Position numbers and translations under genes: made by a program
The notes under the pieces: model-generated
The model's database searches: none
Told to the model about the DNA's origin: nothing
Seen by the model: the letters and a program-made list of their open reading frames with translations, nothing else
In this document: positions 14,256-22,833 of the stretch, one piece after another
How positions within the stretch are numbered: the first letter of the stretch is position 1
Layout of the letters: every line of letters begins with the position of its first letter
IMG/VR virus record: IMGVR_UViG_3300042393_000543
Span: 1-24,660 of that record
Source of the DNA: a virus
Taxonomy: Duplodnaviria > Caudoviricetes
Length of the DNA: 24,660 nt
Strand: one strand, 5' to 3'

Positions 14256-15269
14256 ATGCACAAACCAGTCTTTATTATAGGCGAGGCCCTTGGCGAGGAA
14301 GAAGAACGGCGGAACGAGGCCTTCGCAGGCCCGGCAGGTTCTGTCCTCCACGGCATCCTCCGCCAAGCCGGAATAGCCAAAGACGACTGCTATTTCACAA
14401 ACGTCTTTAACTTCAGGCCGCGCGGGAACCGCCTTGACTCAGTTCTAACCGGCAAGCCCAACGCCATTGCAAACTACCGCCCGATCTCAGCCGGGAAATA
14501 CGTCGACAAACAATACCAGCCTGAGCTCGATCGCCTGCAAGCCGAACTCGATGCGGTCAAGCCCAACGTAATTCTTGCCCTCGGCAACTACGCGCTTTGG
14601 GCCGTCTGCAAAAAGACCGGCATCAAGCGGTACAGGGGCAGCCCGCTTTATTCCCACGACGCTCGCTGGAAAGTCATCCCGACCTGGAGCCCGGCCTCTG
14701 TCCTCAAACAGTGGGAAATCCGCGTAGTCATGCTCGCGGATATTTCTAAGGTCGCCCGCGAGATGACCTTCCCCGAACTTCGGCGGCCCCAGCGTTTCAT
14801 CTACATGGAGCCGACCATGCAGGAGATCGAGGACTTCTACAACCAGTTCCTGCGCAACCAACCCTTTATATCCTGCGACGTGGAAACAAAAGACCGCACG
14901 ATTACTGAGGTCGGCTACGGCACAGCCGACGGCCGCCATTGCCTCGTCATTCCCTTCTGGGATCGCACGAGGAAGGACGGCAACTACTGGCGGACGCACG
15001 AGGAAGAACGCGAGGCCTGGAGATGGGTCCGCCGCATCAACGCCTCGCATCGCCTCATCGGCCAAAACTTCTCCTACGACATGCAGTATTTCTGGCGGAC
15101 TGCGGGCATCCCTTGCCCAGGTTTCCTCGGGGACACTATGCTTCTCCACCACTCCATGCAGCCCGAACTCGAAAAAGGCCTGGGCTTCCTTGGCTCGATC
15201 TACACCGACGAGCCGTCTTGGAAGTTTATGCGTACCGATCACTCAACATTAAAGCAGGCAGACGAATGA
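14256..15269 (+). CDS. Uracil-DNA glycosylase-like domain fused to a partial DnaQ-like 3'-5' exonuclease (337 aa)
   Basis: IIGEALG..E...AFAGPAG, YFTNV, ILALGNYA, TWSPAS (family-4-like UDG); ExoI CDVET, ExoII GQNFSYD, DTML; GGAG RBS. Confidence 0.85.
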   Translation: MHKPVFIIGEALGEEEERRNEAFAGPAGSVLHGILRQAGIAKDDCYFTNVFNFRPRGNRLDSVLTGKPNAIANYRPISAGKYVDKQYQPELDRLQAELDAVKPNVILALGNYALWAVCKKTGIKRYRGSPLYSHDARWKVIPTWSPASVLKQWEIRVVMLADISKVAREMTFPELRRPQRFIYMEPTMQEIEDFYNQFLRNQPFISCDVETKDRTITEVGYGTADGRHCLVIPFWDRTRKDGNYWRTHEEEREAWRWVRRINASHRLIGQNFSYDMQYFWRTAGIPCPGFLGDTMLLHHSMQPELEKGLGFLGSIYTDEPSWKFMRTDHSTLKQADE

Positions 15270-15487
15270 AATATCTCACAGTCATGGCCACGGCGGAGCT
15301 TGGCTCCGCACTAGAACTCTACCACGTTAATCCCGCCAGCATAGTGCATTTGCGGGACATGGGATCATACACAGTAAGAATGGCGTCAAACATCGTCATA
15401 GACTCCCCGATCTGTTTTGTAACTCTATTCAGCGGTGAGCTTTACGTCAGCGGAGTCGCCGAAGAATTGATTGCGAGGATGGCATGA
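15266..15487 (+). CDS. Small hypothetical protein (73 aa)
   Basis: ATGA overlaps at both ends; MKYLTVMATAE... Confidence 0.6.
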   Translation: MKYLTVMATAELGSALELYHVNPASIVHLRDMGSYTVRMASNIVIDSPICFVTLFSGELYVSGVAEELIARMA

Positions 15488-15816
15488 TCTACATTGCATC
15501 ACCGTACACTCACCACAATCTCGACGTGATGACCAGCCGGTATGAAGCCGTCCTCCACTACGCAGGCCGCCTGAAATCCGCGGGCATCCCCTGCTTCTCG
15601 CCGATCGCCTACGGCCACGAGTTCTTCATCCGCGGTTACACTCCGCCATACTTTACCTTCTGGCAGTCCTTCAACGATCACATGATCCTCGCATCCTCGG
15701 AAGTCGTGGTCCTGACCCTCCCAGGCTACAACGAAAGCGTGGGCGTCCAGCATGAGATCGAGTTCGCGCGCAAAAACAATATGCCAGTGAGGTTCGTCGC
15801 CAATGAAGATTTTTGA
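15484..15816 (+). CDS. DUF1937 / nucleoside 2-deoxyribosyltransferase-like fold protein
   Basis: MIYIASPY...FSPI...ESVGVQHEIEFARKNNMPV. Confidence 0.75.
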   Translation: MIYIASPYTHHNLDVMTSRYEAVLHYAGRLKSAGIPCFSPIAYGHEFFIRGYTPPYFTFWQSFNDHMILASSEVVVLTLPGYNESVGVQHEIEFARKNNMPVRFVANEDF

Positions 15817-17413
15817 CACGGCCAACCTCGACGAGAAAACCATGCCGCTTCTTTCCGCCCAGGAGGCCGCATGGATTTACAACGGCCTAGACGTTTGCGT
15901 GACCGCCGAAATCTACAATACTCTCATGGCGCAACTCGACACCGAGCCGCTAAATATCCGGGCAACCTACGAAACCGCGCTGGCCAAACTTGCCCCGATT
16001 ATGGAGATGGGCCTGCGCGGAACCTTGATCGATGAGGAGGCCCGCCAGTTCTCCATCCGCGACCTTGAGTCCGACCTTCGCGGGCTGGACCACAAATTCC
16101 AGCGGATCATGCGGGAAGTATTCAGCGGGGAGGTTAATTGGCGTTCCCCGCTTCAGCTAAAAAACCTGTTCTACGGGATGCTGGGGCTGAAAGAAGTCAA
16201 GAAGCGCAACGCGCAGGGCGTTTTTGCGGCCACCGTAAACCGCGAGGCGCTAGAATACTTCGACCTCTACCTCTACGCCAAGCCCCTCGCCCGCATGATC
16301 CTCGCCATGCGGGATATTCACAAACAGGTCAGCTTTCTAAAGACTGAGATTGACCGAGACCAGCGCATCCGCACCACCTACAACATCGCTGGCACGAACA
16401 CGGGCCGCCTAGCCTCCTCCATGTCCGAGTTCGGCACCGGGACAAACTTGCAGAATGTGAACCGAAAACTCCGCTACCCGTTTACTGCCGACCCAGGAAT
16501 GTATATGGTCAACGTGGACCTTGAGCAGGCCGACGGCCGCAATGTCGGCGCAATCTGCCACAACCTTTTCCTCGACGCAGACGCAAAGCTTCTCGCCCGC
16601 CTCATGGAAGTCCCCGTCTGGAAAGGCCCCTGCGGCCCTGAGTTCGCTTCCGCCTTCCTCGACGCCTGCGAGTCCGGCGATCTCCACACCTACGTTTGCC
16701 GGATGACGTGGCCAGAACTCGACTGGCCCGATGACCCAAAACTCCTGAAGAAGTTCTGCGACGGCCTTATCGCTCACGGCCAGGACAGCTACCGGCAGCT
16801 TGCTAAGAAACTCGGCCACGGCACTAACTACTACGGGACGCCGCGGACAATGGCCAAGCACGCTCACGTCCCGACAAAGATCATCGAGACATTCCAAGAG
16901 CGCTACTTCACCCAGTTCCCGGCAATCAAAGCTTGGCACAACTGGACGATTGGCGAAATTCAAACGCACGGAACTCTTACCACCCCCTTCGGCCGCCGGA
17001 GGATGTTCTTCGGCCGAGGCAACGACGCCAGCACCTGGCGCAAGGCCATCGCCTATTCCCCGCAGTCCATGACCGGAGAACAGATTGACCGCGGCCTGCT
17101 TGAAATCTGGCGCAAGTATCCAAACGTCCAGCTTCTAAACCAAGTCCACGACTCCATCCTTTTCCAGGTCCCCTTCCGCGAAGCTACTCACTTGATCCCT
17201 GAAATATTAAAGACGATGCAGGTCGCCATCGAACTCAAGGGCGGCCGCCAATTCACCGTTCCTCTCGAGGCCTCAGGCGGCTGGAATTGGGGCTACGCGG
17301 ATAATGAAAACAACAAATATGGACTCAAAAAATGGACAGGAAAAGAGGACCGGGATCGGCCTTCGCCCAAAAGTCGGCTCCGCGACTTGCTACAGCCCGC
17401 CCGGACTTCATAG
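15803..17413 (+). CDS. Family A DNA polymerase (ExoIII motif plus polymerase domain)
   Basis: YNGLD, TNTGRLAS, NLQN, motif A DLEQADGR, GDLH, motif B RQLAKKLGHGTNY, TPFGRRR, motif C QVHDSI. Confidence 0.93.
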   Translation: MKIFDTANLDEKTMPLLSAQEAAWIYNGLDVCVTAEIYNTLMAQLDTEPLNIRATYETALAKLAPIMEMGLRGTLIDEEARQFSIRDLESDLRGLDHKFQRIMREVFSGEVNWRSPLQLKNLFYGMLGLKEVKKRNAQGVFAATVNREALEYFDLYLYAKPLARMILAMRDIHKQVSFLKTEIDRDQRIRTTYNIAGTNTGRLASSMSEFGTGTNLQNVNRKLRYPFTADPGMYMVNVDLEQADGRNVGAICHNLFLDADAKLLARLMEVPVWKGPCGPEFASAFLDACESGDLHTYVCRMTWPELDWPDDPKLLKKFCDGLIAHGQDSYRQLAKKLGHGTNYYGTPRTMAKHAHVPTKIIETFQERYFTQFPAIKAWHNWTIGEIQTHGTLTTPFGRRRMFFGRGNDASTWRKAIAYSPQSMTGEQIDRGLLEIWRKYPNVQLLNQVHDSILFQVPFREATHLIPEILKTMQVAIELKGGRQFTVPLEASGGWNWGYADNENNKYGLKKWTGKEDRDRPSPKSRLRDLLQPARTS

Positions 17414-18585
17414 AGGCTTTCTGCGACTTTACTGAGAACATCAGTTCCCCGCCGCTCTTTCGTAAGTGGGCAGCGATAGCGGCGATTGCCGGGGCGCTTG
17501 AGCGCAAGGTTTGGGTCAGAACACTTGGCTCAAACTTGTACCCGAACGTCTATATCATTCTCGTAGGGCCGCCGGGCGTCGGCAAGACTGAGGCAACATG
17601 GCGCGTCCGCAGTCTCTGGAAAGGGATGGAGGATCATTTTGTCGCCTCAACCTCAGTTACGAAAGCATCCCTGATTGACGAACTTGCGGCCGCCAACCGC
17701 CGCTGGATAACTCACTCACCAGAAAACCCCGTCGAGCATTTCAATTCCTTACTGCTCTGCGTCAATGAACTCGGTGTTCTAATCCCGGCCTACGATAATG
17801 AGTTTATGAACGTCCTGACCGACCTTTGGGATTGCAAGGACTACAGCGAGCGGCGCCGGACCGCAAAGATTGAGCATGAGGTAAAGAAAACCCAGCTTAA
17901 TCTTCTCGCGGCCTGCACCCCAGCTTACCTCATGGGAACCCTGCCCGAGAGTGCGTGGGATCAAGGCTTCATGTCCAGGACTATGCTAGTCTTTACCGCC
18001 GAGCGCCAACTCCGTTCCCTGTTCGCGGACGTTACGGTTGACACAGATGAGGAGGAGCGGCTGGGCGTCTACCTTGAGCAGATTGGGAATAACTACGGCG
18101 AGATGAAGTTTACGGAGGAGGCCGCAAAACTCATCGACACATTCCACATGACCGGAGGAGAGCCGAAGCCCGAACACCCAAAACTTATAAGCTACACCAT
18201 CCGCAGAACGGTTCACTTGCTCAAGCTGAGTATGATCTCGGCCATGGCCCGCTCCGACGCCCTTCTCATAACCACAGAAGATTTCCATCGCAGCCTCGGC
18301 TGGATGTTGGAGATTGAGGGACTAATGCCGGACATCTTCAAGGCAATGGCTCAAGGCGGCACCGGCAAAGTCATGGAGGAGGCGTGGTACTACCTTTTCA
18401 CAATCTACGCCAAAGAGCAAAAGCCCGTCATGCTGCATCGGCTTATTCAATTCTTACAGGAGCGTGTCCCGGTTCACAACGTGCAGAATACAATCGACCT
18501 CATGGAGCGGGGAAAGATGATTGACAAGCGGCTGGTGGCGAGCGGTGTGGCGTACATTCCATTGGGAAAGCGGGCCGGACAATGA
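17332..18585 (+). CDS. DUF3987-like P-loop ATPase / putative replicative helicase
   Basis: LYPNVYIILVGPPGVGKT, CVNELG, LTDLWD, GFMSR; start uncertain because it overlaps the 3' end of pol. Confidence 0.75.
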   Translation: MDRKRGPGSAFAQKSAPRLATARPDFIEAFCDFTENISSPPLFRKWAAIAAIAGALERKVWVRTLGSNLYPNVYIILVGPPGVGKTEATWRVRSLWKGMEDHFVASTSVTKASLIDELAAANRRWITHSPENPVEHFNSLLLCVNELGVLIPAYDNEFMNVLTDLWDCKDYSERRRTAKIEHEVKKTQLNLLAACTPAYLMGTLPESAWDQGFMSRTMLVFTAERQLRSLFADVTVDTDEEERLGVYLEQIGNNYGEMKFTEEAAKLIDTFHMTGGEPKPEHPKLISYTIRRTVHLLKLSMISAMARSDALLITTEDFHRSLGWMLEIEGLMPDIFKAMAQGGTGKVMEEAWYYLFTIYAKEQKPVMLHRLIQFLQERVPVHNVQNTIDLMERGKMIDKRLVASGVAYIPLGKRAGQ

Positions 18586-18863
18586 CGGATCATAAAAAGG
18601 CCGCCCTGACTGGCGCCATTGCGGGCAAAGAGCTTTTTGACCGCTTTTGCGCCGACGGCGAGAATTGCACCCATTGCTTCGTCAGTGGAGCCGTTGTGGA
18701 ATTATTGGCGCAAATGCTGGCGGCGTCAGACGCCGCGGAGGAGGAGTTGCTGGATCAGCTTGCCGATATTATAGCGCTGGCCCTAGCACGACGAGATGGC
18801 GTAATAAAAGGGGCGGGCCATGACAGCCCGCCCAAGTTGACAGATCAGAGAAAGCTGAATTAG
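18582..18863 (+). CDS. Hypothetical protein (93 aa)
   Basis: ATGA overlap; last rightward gene before the convergent junction. Confidence 0.6.
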   Translation: MTDHKKAALTGAIAGKELFDRFCADGENCTHCFVSGAVVELLAQMLAASDAAEEELLDQLADIIALALARRDGVIKGAGHDSPPKLTDQRKLN

Positions 18864-18909
18864 GTTCAGCAACCATCCCCGAGGGGATTTCGGTGCGGCG
18901 GTTATTTAT

Positions 18910-19143
18910 CTAGCCCGCCGCCAGAACCAGCCCCATAGCTGCAAGCGCTGCGAGCCCGGCCATGCCGACGATCACATTGACGCGGTCCGCCCGCGCTTGG
19001 ATGGGTTCAGTCGTTGTGTAGCCCTCAAGCAGACCAGACGCCACCTGATAGTCAGTGGTTCCGTCAGTCCAGATTGGCGCGGTGGCCGGGTCAACATTGG
19101 GGTCAGTAAAGCCCGGCGGGCAGGCGATTGTTACAATGTCCAT
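18910..19143 (-). CDS. Small hypothetical protein following the head-fibre gene
   Basis: TGATG coupling to the upstream gene; hydrophobic C-terminus. Confidence 0.65.
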   Translation of the reverse strand: MDIVTIACPPGFTDPNVDPATAPIWTDGTTDYQVASGLLEGYTTTEPIQARADRVNVIVGMAGLAALAAMGLVLAAG

Positions 19144-19955
19144 CAGTATGCCCCTGTCTTTCCGTTTACATAAGCCTCGGTGGATGCGATCTGCCCTGCG
19201 GTCAGGTTAGCCCCAAAACGCACGATCAGACTGTAAATGCGACCGCTGAATGGGTTTGACGCACCGCCGCGCCGCCCGATGTAGAGCGGGTAGGCCAAAT
19301 AGTTTCCCGTGCCCTGATCTGTTACTGCTGAACCAAGCTGAACGCCGTTGACCCGGTAAATTGCGGTATCTGCAGATATTTCCCCGATACCAGCAAGCAC
19401 TTTAGTCTGTGGTGATGCGCCTAGATTTCCATTGCCGCGCGCGCCAGTGCCGGGCAAGGAGCCTTGGCTTGTAAAAAACCCAACCGTACTCGGAGCGCCG
19501 GGTGAAAGAACGAAACCACAAGAACCGGGGTAAGCGGCATTTGTAGGGTTCGCGCTCAACTCTGCAACCGCTTGAACTGTGGCGTCCGACAATTTGTGTA
19601 TCCCGGCAAACATCTGCGCCTTGTCGATGCCCGGTGTGATCGTGCCTGTAACCATGCCGTCGTCCACGCCGTCAAACGATAGGTAGGGGCGACCAGTGCC
19701 GTCAATCTGATAGGTAGGGCGCTGCGCCAGTGTGGCTTGAGTGGCATGATTTCCGCGCCCAGACTTGTCGAGTATCTTTCCGACCGTCTGCCCGGCAGTA
19801 GTTACAGGCGTAACCCCGGCGCTGTCCTGAAACAATGTGGTCAGGTCGGAAGGGTCATACCAAGCGCCTGGCTCTGACGCGGTGAATATAGCTGACGGCA
19901 AAAAGCGAAGCCGCCCCCCGCCGCCGACGCCAATTCCGAGGCTAAATCCGATCAT
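19143..19955 (-). CDS. Head spike fibre-like protein (RcGTA Rcc01080/GhsB-like N-terminus, LamG/ConA-like carbohydrate-binding domain)
   Basis: MIGFSLGIGVGGGG N-terminus; WYDPSDLTTLFQDSAG...DKSGRGNHATQAT..RPTY...FDGVDD; TAATG coupling to the spike-base gene. Confidence 0.7.
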   Translation of the reverse strand: MIGFSLGIGVGGGGRLRFLPSAIFTASEPGAWYDPSDLTTLFQDSAGVTPVTTAGQTVGKILDKSGRGNHATQATLAQRPTYQIDGTGRPYLSFDGVDDGMVTGTITPGIDKAQMFAGIHKLSDATVQAVAELSANPTNAAYPGSCGFVLSPGAPSTVGFFTSQGSLPGTGARGNGNLGASPQTKVLAGIGEISADTAIYRVNGVQLGSAVTDQGTGNYLAYPLYIGRRGGASNPFSGRIYSLIVRFGANLTAGQIASTEAYVNGKTGAY

Positions 19956-20203
19956 TAATACCACCCGATCAGCGTAGCTGTTGCCGCCGTGACTTTGACC
20001 GCGCGAAACGCCAGCACTTCGCCAGCCGCAAGGGTGTAGGTTATGGAAACCCCACCCTCATCCTCTAGGGTTGCGGTGCCAGCCACATCGCAGCGGATTG
20101 CGCGCGGGCGGATTGCCATGTCTGACGGGCCAGCAGTAATTGCGAAGTGCCGCGCGGCCGGGGCCGACAGTCCAGTGGCGTAGCTTGCAAAAGTATCAGC
20201 CAT
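19955..20203 (-). CDS. Head spike base protein (RcGTA Rcc01079/GhsA-like, 82 aa)
   Basis: MADTFASYATGLSAPAARHFAIT...RAIRC..AG...AGEVLAFRAVKV pattern; AGGA RBS. Confidence 0.7.
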   Translation of the reverse strand: MADTFASYATGLSAPAARHFAITAGPSDMAIRPRAIRCDVAGTATLEDEGGVSITYTLAAGEVLAFRAVKVTAATATLIGWY

Positions 20204-20234
20204 TTGTTTTCCTATTCTGGTTAAGTTGTTTTTG

Positions 20235-20582
20235 TCAGGCAGTAATTGCCGCTGCCGCAGCAAACAGCGCATCGATCTCAAGGTCAGTCAGGTTTACCAG
20301 CCAGCCAAAGAAAGCGATGTTTTCCGAATTGCGCCGCCAGTCGCCCGCGTCATCGATCACGACTTGCTCGGCCCATGTTGCCGTAGCGCGGTACTCAAGG
20401 ACAACGGCCCAGCGCGCCTCGCCCAAGGCCAGGATACCCTGCATCCGGGAGCAATGAGCGGTTTCGCGCCATGCGGCGAGAACCGCGTCAGGGTCCGGCG
20501 TCCGGGCCGCAATCTCCTCGGGCGTGAAGTCGCGGATTGTGACCTCGCCCGTCGCCGCGTTTGTGATAATTTCCTGCATCAT
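20235..20582 (-). CDS. Putative tail fibre assembly/chaperone protein
   Basis: NAATGEVTIRDFTPEEIAA...LTDLEIDALFAAAA; directly downstream of a fibre-like gene. Confidence 0.6.
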   Translation of the reverse strand: MMQEIITNAATGEVTIRDFTPEEIAARTPDPDAVLAAWRETAHCSRMQGILALGEARWAVVLEYRATATWAEQVVIDDAGDWRRNSENIAFFGWLVNLTDLEIDALFAAAAAITA

Positions 20583-21088
20583 TTCACCCCGTAAAACTTG
20601 ACAGCGCCAAGGTCAAATGTCCCGCCGCCAACTAAAGTTACAGAAATAGACGTAGTGGCGGAAACAATAGTAGAGTTTCCGGAAAACGTGCCAGCAGCCG
20701 AGCCTGTAACGCCACCCAAAATTGTCGCCGTTCCTGTTCCGAGGTCAATTTCTGCAATGCCATAATGCAGGTCTGTGGTGTTTCCCGTGTTGATTTTAAT
20801 AATACTCGCGCCGACATAAAAGCTCGTGCCGATTCCCGTATAGCTTATCCCGGTGAAAATCACGGAAAGACGGGCAAACGACGAGAGGTCCAGTCCCGAC
20901 AGCGTTTGCACCGCCCCGCTCGTTGTGTTCAACGTCCCGAGCAGCACCCGAGCCCGCAGAGATGTCGGGACGCTCGTATCGCTTTCGGCAATAGCAATCG
21001 GATTATCCCGCAGCGCCGTCATCAGCGGCTGATTGACCGGGCTATCCAGGTCAATGTCTCCATCCGGTATTACAACATAAGTTGTCAT
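20579..21088 (-). CDS. Short tail fibre / tail tip protein (169 aa)
   Basis: MTTYVVIPDGDIDLDSPV...ALRDNPIAIAE anchor-like N-terminus, G/T/S-rich beta body; ATGA overlap with the hub gene. Confidence 0.65.
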   Translation of the reverse strand: MTTYVVIPDGDIDLDSPVNQPLMTALRDNPIAIAESDTSVPTSLRARVLLGTLNTTSGAVQTLSGLDLSSFARLSVIFTGISYTGIGTSFYVGASIIKINTGNTTDLHYGIAEIDLGTGTATILGGVTGSAAGTFSGNSTIVSATTSISVTLVGGGTFDLGAVKFYGVK

Positions 21089-22833
21089 GCGATTCTCCCG
21101 CATTGTGATTTGTCGGAAAGCAAACCATTTGCATCTCCGATGTAGCAGTTTTTGAAGGGCGCAGCCGCCGGGGTAGTATAATCCGCGGCCCCGGCGGCCA
21201 TCACATAATTGATCTTGCCGTACAGCGTTGTGTCCGTAGCGATGCACTCAATCGTCTCGCCCGCCTCAATCTCCTGCGCCGAGGTGATAAACCATTGCCG
21301 GGTGCGTCGAGCGCCAAATTCGTCCACGTCCATCGGGTGGCTGATGTAAACGGTCGAGCCGGTCCAGATTGCGCGGTCCTTCGCATCAAGCCGGAACTGC
21401 GCGGTTGACGGGGTTTGCACATAGCGGGCAATAATCCGCGAGGCCGTGGTGTTGGCAAGCGCCGAAGAAGTCAGAAACGTGCCAAAGATTTTCCGAATAG
21501 ACGGCTCGCCGTACAATTCTTCTTCAACCAGGTCTGCTATGATTACGGCAGACTTAAAATTAGTCTCGTCGCTCTCGCCTGTCGTCTTGTCTCGCTGATC
21601 GTAATAAACCCAGATCTGCGAAACCCGCTCTTTGGGTTGCTCAGTCAGCCGGAACGATCCCGCGATAATGTTTGTCTCTGCCGTCAGCAATGGCGGCTGC
21701 TCGTCAACGCCGCGAATTGCAAGCATTTTGACTTTTGCCGTCTTTTCATCCCACCAGCAATTCACCAGAACCTGCTCTTGTATCATGCTGACAAGATCGT
21801 TTACGCCGGTCGGCTTTGTGATCAGCATATTAAGACGCCAGAAACTCAGGTACGTCTGGCGCTCAACAAGCCAGCCAGCGATGTCCAGATAAGCCGCATC
21901 AATGCCGCCATAGGTATTCATGAGCAGATAAAGCAGATCGTCCACAAGCTGATCTGTAATCCGCAGGCATAGTTGCACCTGCACCGAGACGCCATGCGCC
22001 GCCGCGTCCGAGCCGTCTGTTCCGCGCGTTACGCCCGTGAAGTCGAGGTTATCCCCGGCGGCAGCCCGACCTGTATAGAACAAGATTTCGCTGCCAATCC
22101 GCACCGTGCCGCTGGCCGGATAATCACCGATCAATGCCCCCGCGACCGTGAACGTCGTCGCAGCCGCGCCAATGGCCGCGTATAGGACGCCGGGCGATGC
22201 AACAGGCGCTTGTGCTTTGCGCTCCTCAATCCGGGCCAGCACGTCCTTGCCCTGAATGGTTATGCGCCCGCCATCATCAGGGCCTTGGATCGAGTCAAAG
22301 AAATATGTCCGCTTTGACATTTCCGAAAGCGCCTGGCCGACATAGCCCTCATAAATGAGGATTTCGATATTCTGCCGGTAACGATTTCTGGCCATCCATT
22401 TGGCCCAGAACGAGCCACGAGTCAGCGCGTCATACCCTCGGCCGTCAATGTAGGGGTCCACAACTCGGTCCGTGTGGGTGTGGTCCTGAAACGTCAGGCT
22501 GCACAAGGCCCGGTTGCCAAGGCCCTGCGCGTTGTCATTGGAGCCCGCAAGGTTGATCTTCGTTGGCGATGTTGAGATGCTCACCAGCGATGGGATGATA
22601 TAAGTCGCGCCGCTGATTGACTGGTCCCCGACATTGCCGCGAGAAAAGAATAGGCTCAATGGCGTCCCGAGCAGAAAGTTTGCCGTGTCCTGGCAGGTCG
22701 ATCTCGTGTTGAAGCACTTGCCCGCATCTGGCCCGCTGGCCGTGCAAGGCGCAACGCCGTAAACCCGAGAGCATAGCGGCTGCCGAATTTCGACAATCTG
22801 AACAGGCTCTCTACCGACAGTAAACTCAGTCAT
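21085..22833 (-). CDS. Tail tip / baseplate hub protein (582 aa)
   Basis: Cys-rich N-terminus (CSRVYGVAPC...CFNTRSTC); size and position downstream of the tape measure and distal-tail genes. Confidence 0.7.
   Translation of the reverse strand: MTEFTVGREPVQIVEIRQPLCSRVYGVAPCTASGPDAGKCFNTRSTCQDTANFLLGTPLSLFFSRGNVGDQSISGATYIIPSLVSISTSPTKINLAGSNDNAQGLGNRALCSLTFQDHTHTDRVVDPYIDGRGYDALTRGSFWAKWMARNRYRQNIEILIYEGYVGQALSEMSKRTYFFDSIQGPDDGGRITIQGKDVLARIEERKAQAPVASPGVLYAAIGAAATTFTVAGALIGDYPASGTVRIGSEILFYTGRAAAGDNLDFTGVTRGTDGSDAAAHGVSVQVQLCLRITDQLVDDLLYLLMNTYGGIDAAYLDIAGWLVERQTYLSFWRLNMLITKPTGVNDLVSMIQEQVLVNCWWDEKTAKVKMLAIRGVDEQPPLLTAETNIIAGSFRLTEQPKERVSQIWVYYDQRDKTTGESDETNFKSAVIIADLVEEELYGEPSIRKIFGTFLTSSALANTTASRIIARYVQTPSTAQFRLDAKDRAIWTGSTVYISHPMDVDEFGARRTRQWFITSAQEIEAGETIECIATDTTLYGKINYVMAAGAADYTTPAAAPFKNCYIGDANGLLSDKSQCGRIA

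Noticed and set aside
15266-15816. Intron, intein or homing endonuclease interrupting the polymerase
   Set aside because: The interval is filled by two coupled ORFs with no HNH, LAGLIDADG or GIY-YIG motifs, no room for a ribozyme core, and no intein terminal residues.
7333-16969. Long antisense ORFs (7333..7962, 8368..9153, 14487..15242, 16409..16969)
   Set aside because: Shadow frames of GC-rich genes that have clear motifs on the + strand.
18854-18890. Two short hairpins at the convergent junction as a bidirectional terminator
   Set aside because: Stems are short (5-7 bp) and U-tracts are weak. Plausible by position, but not called.
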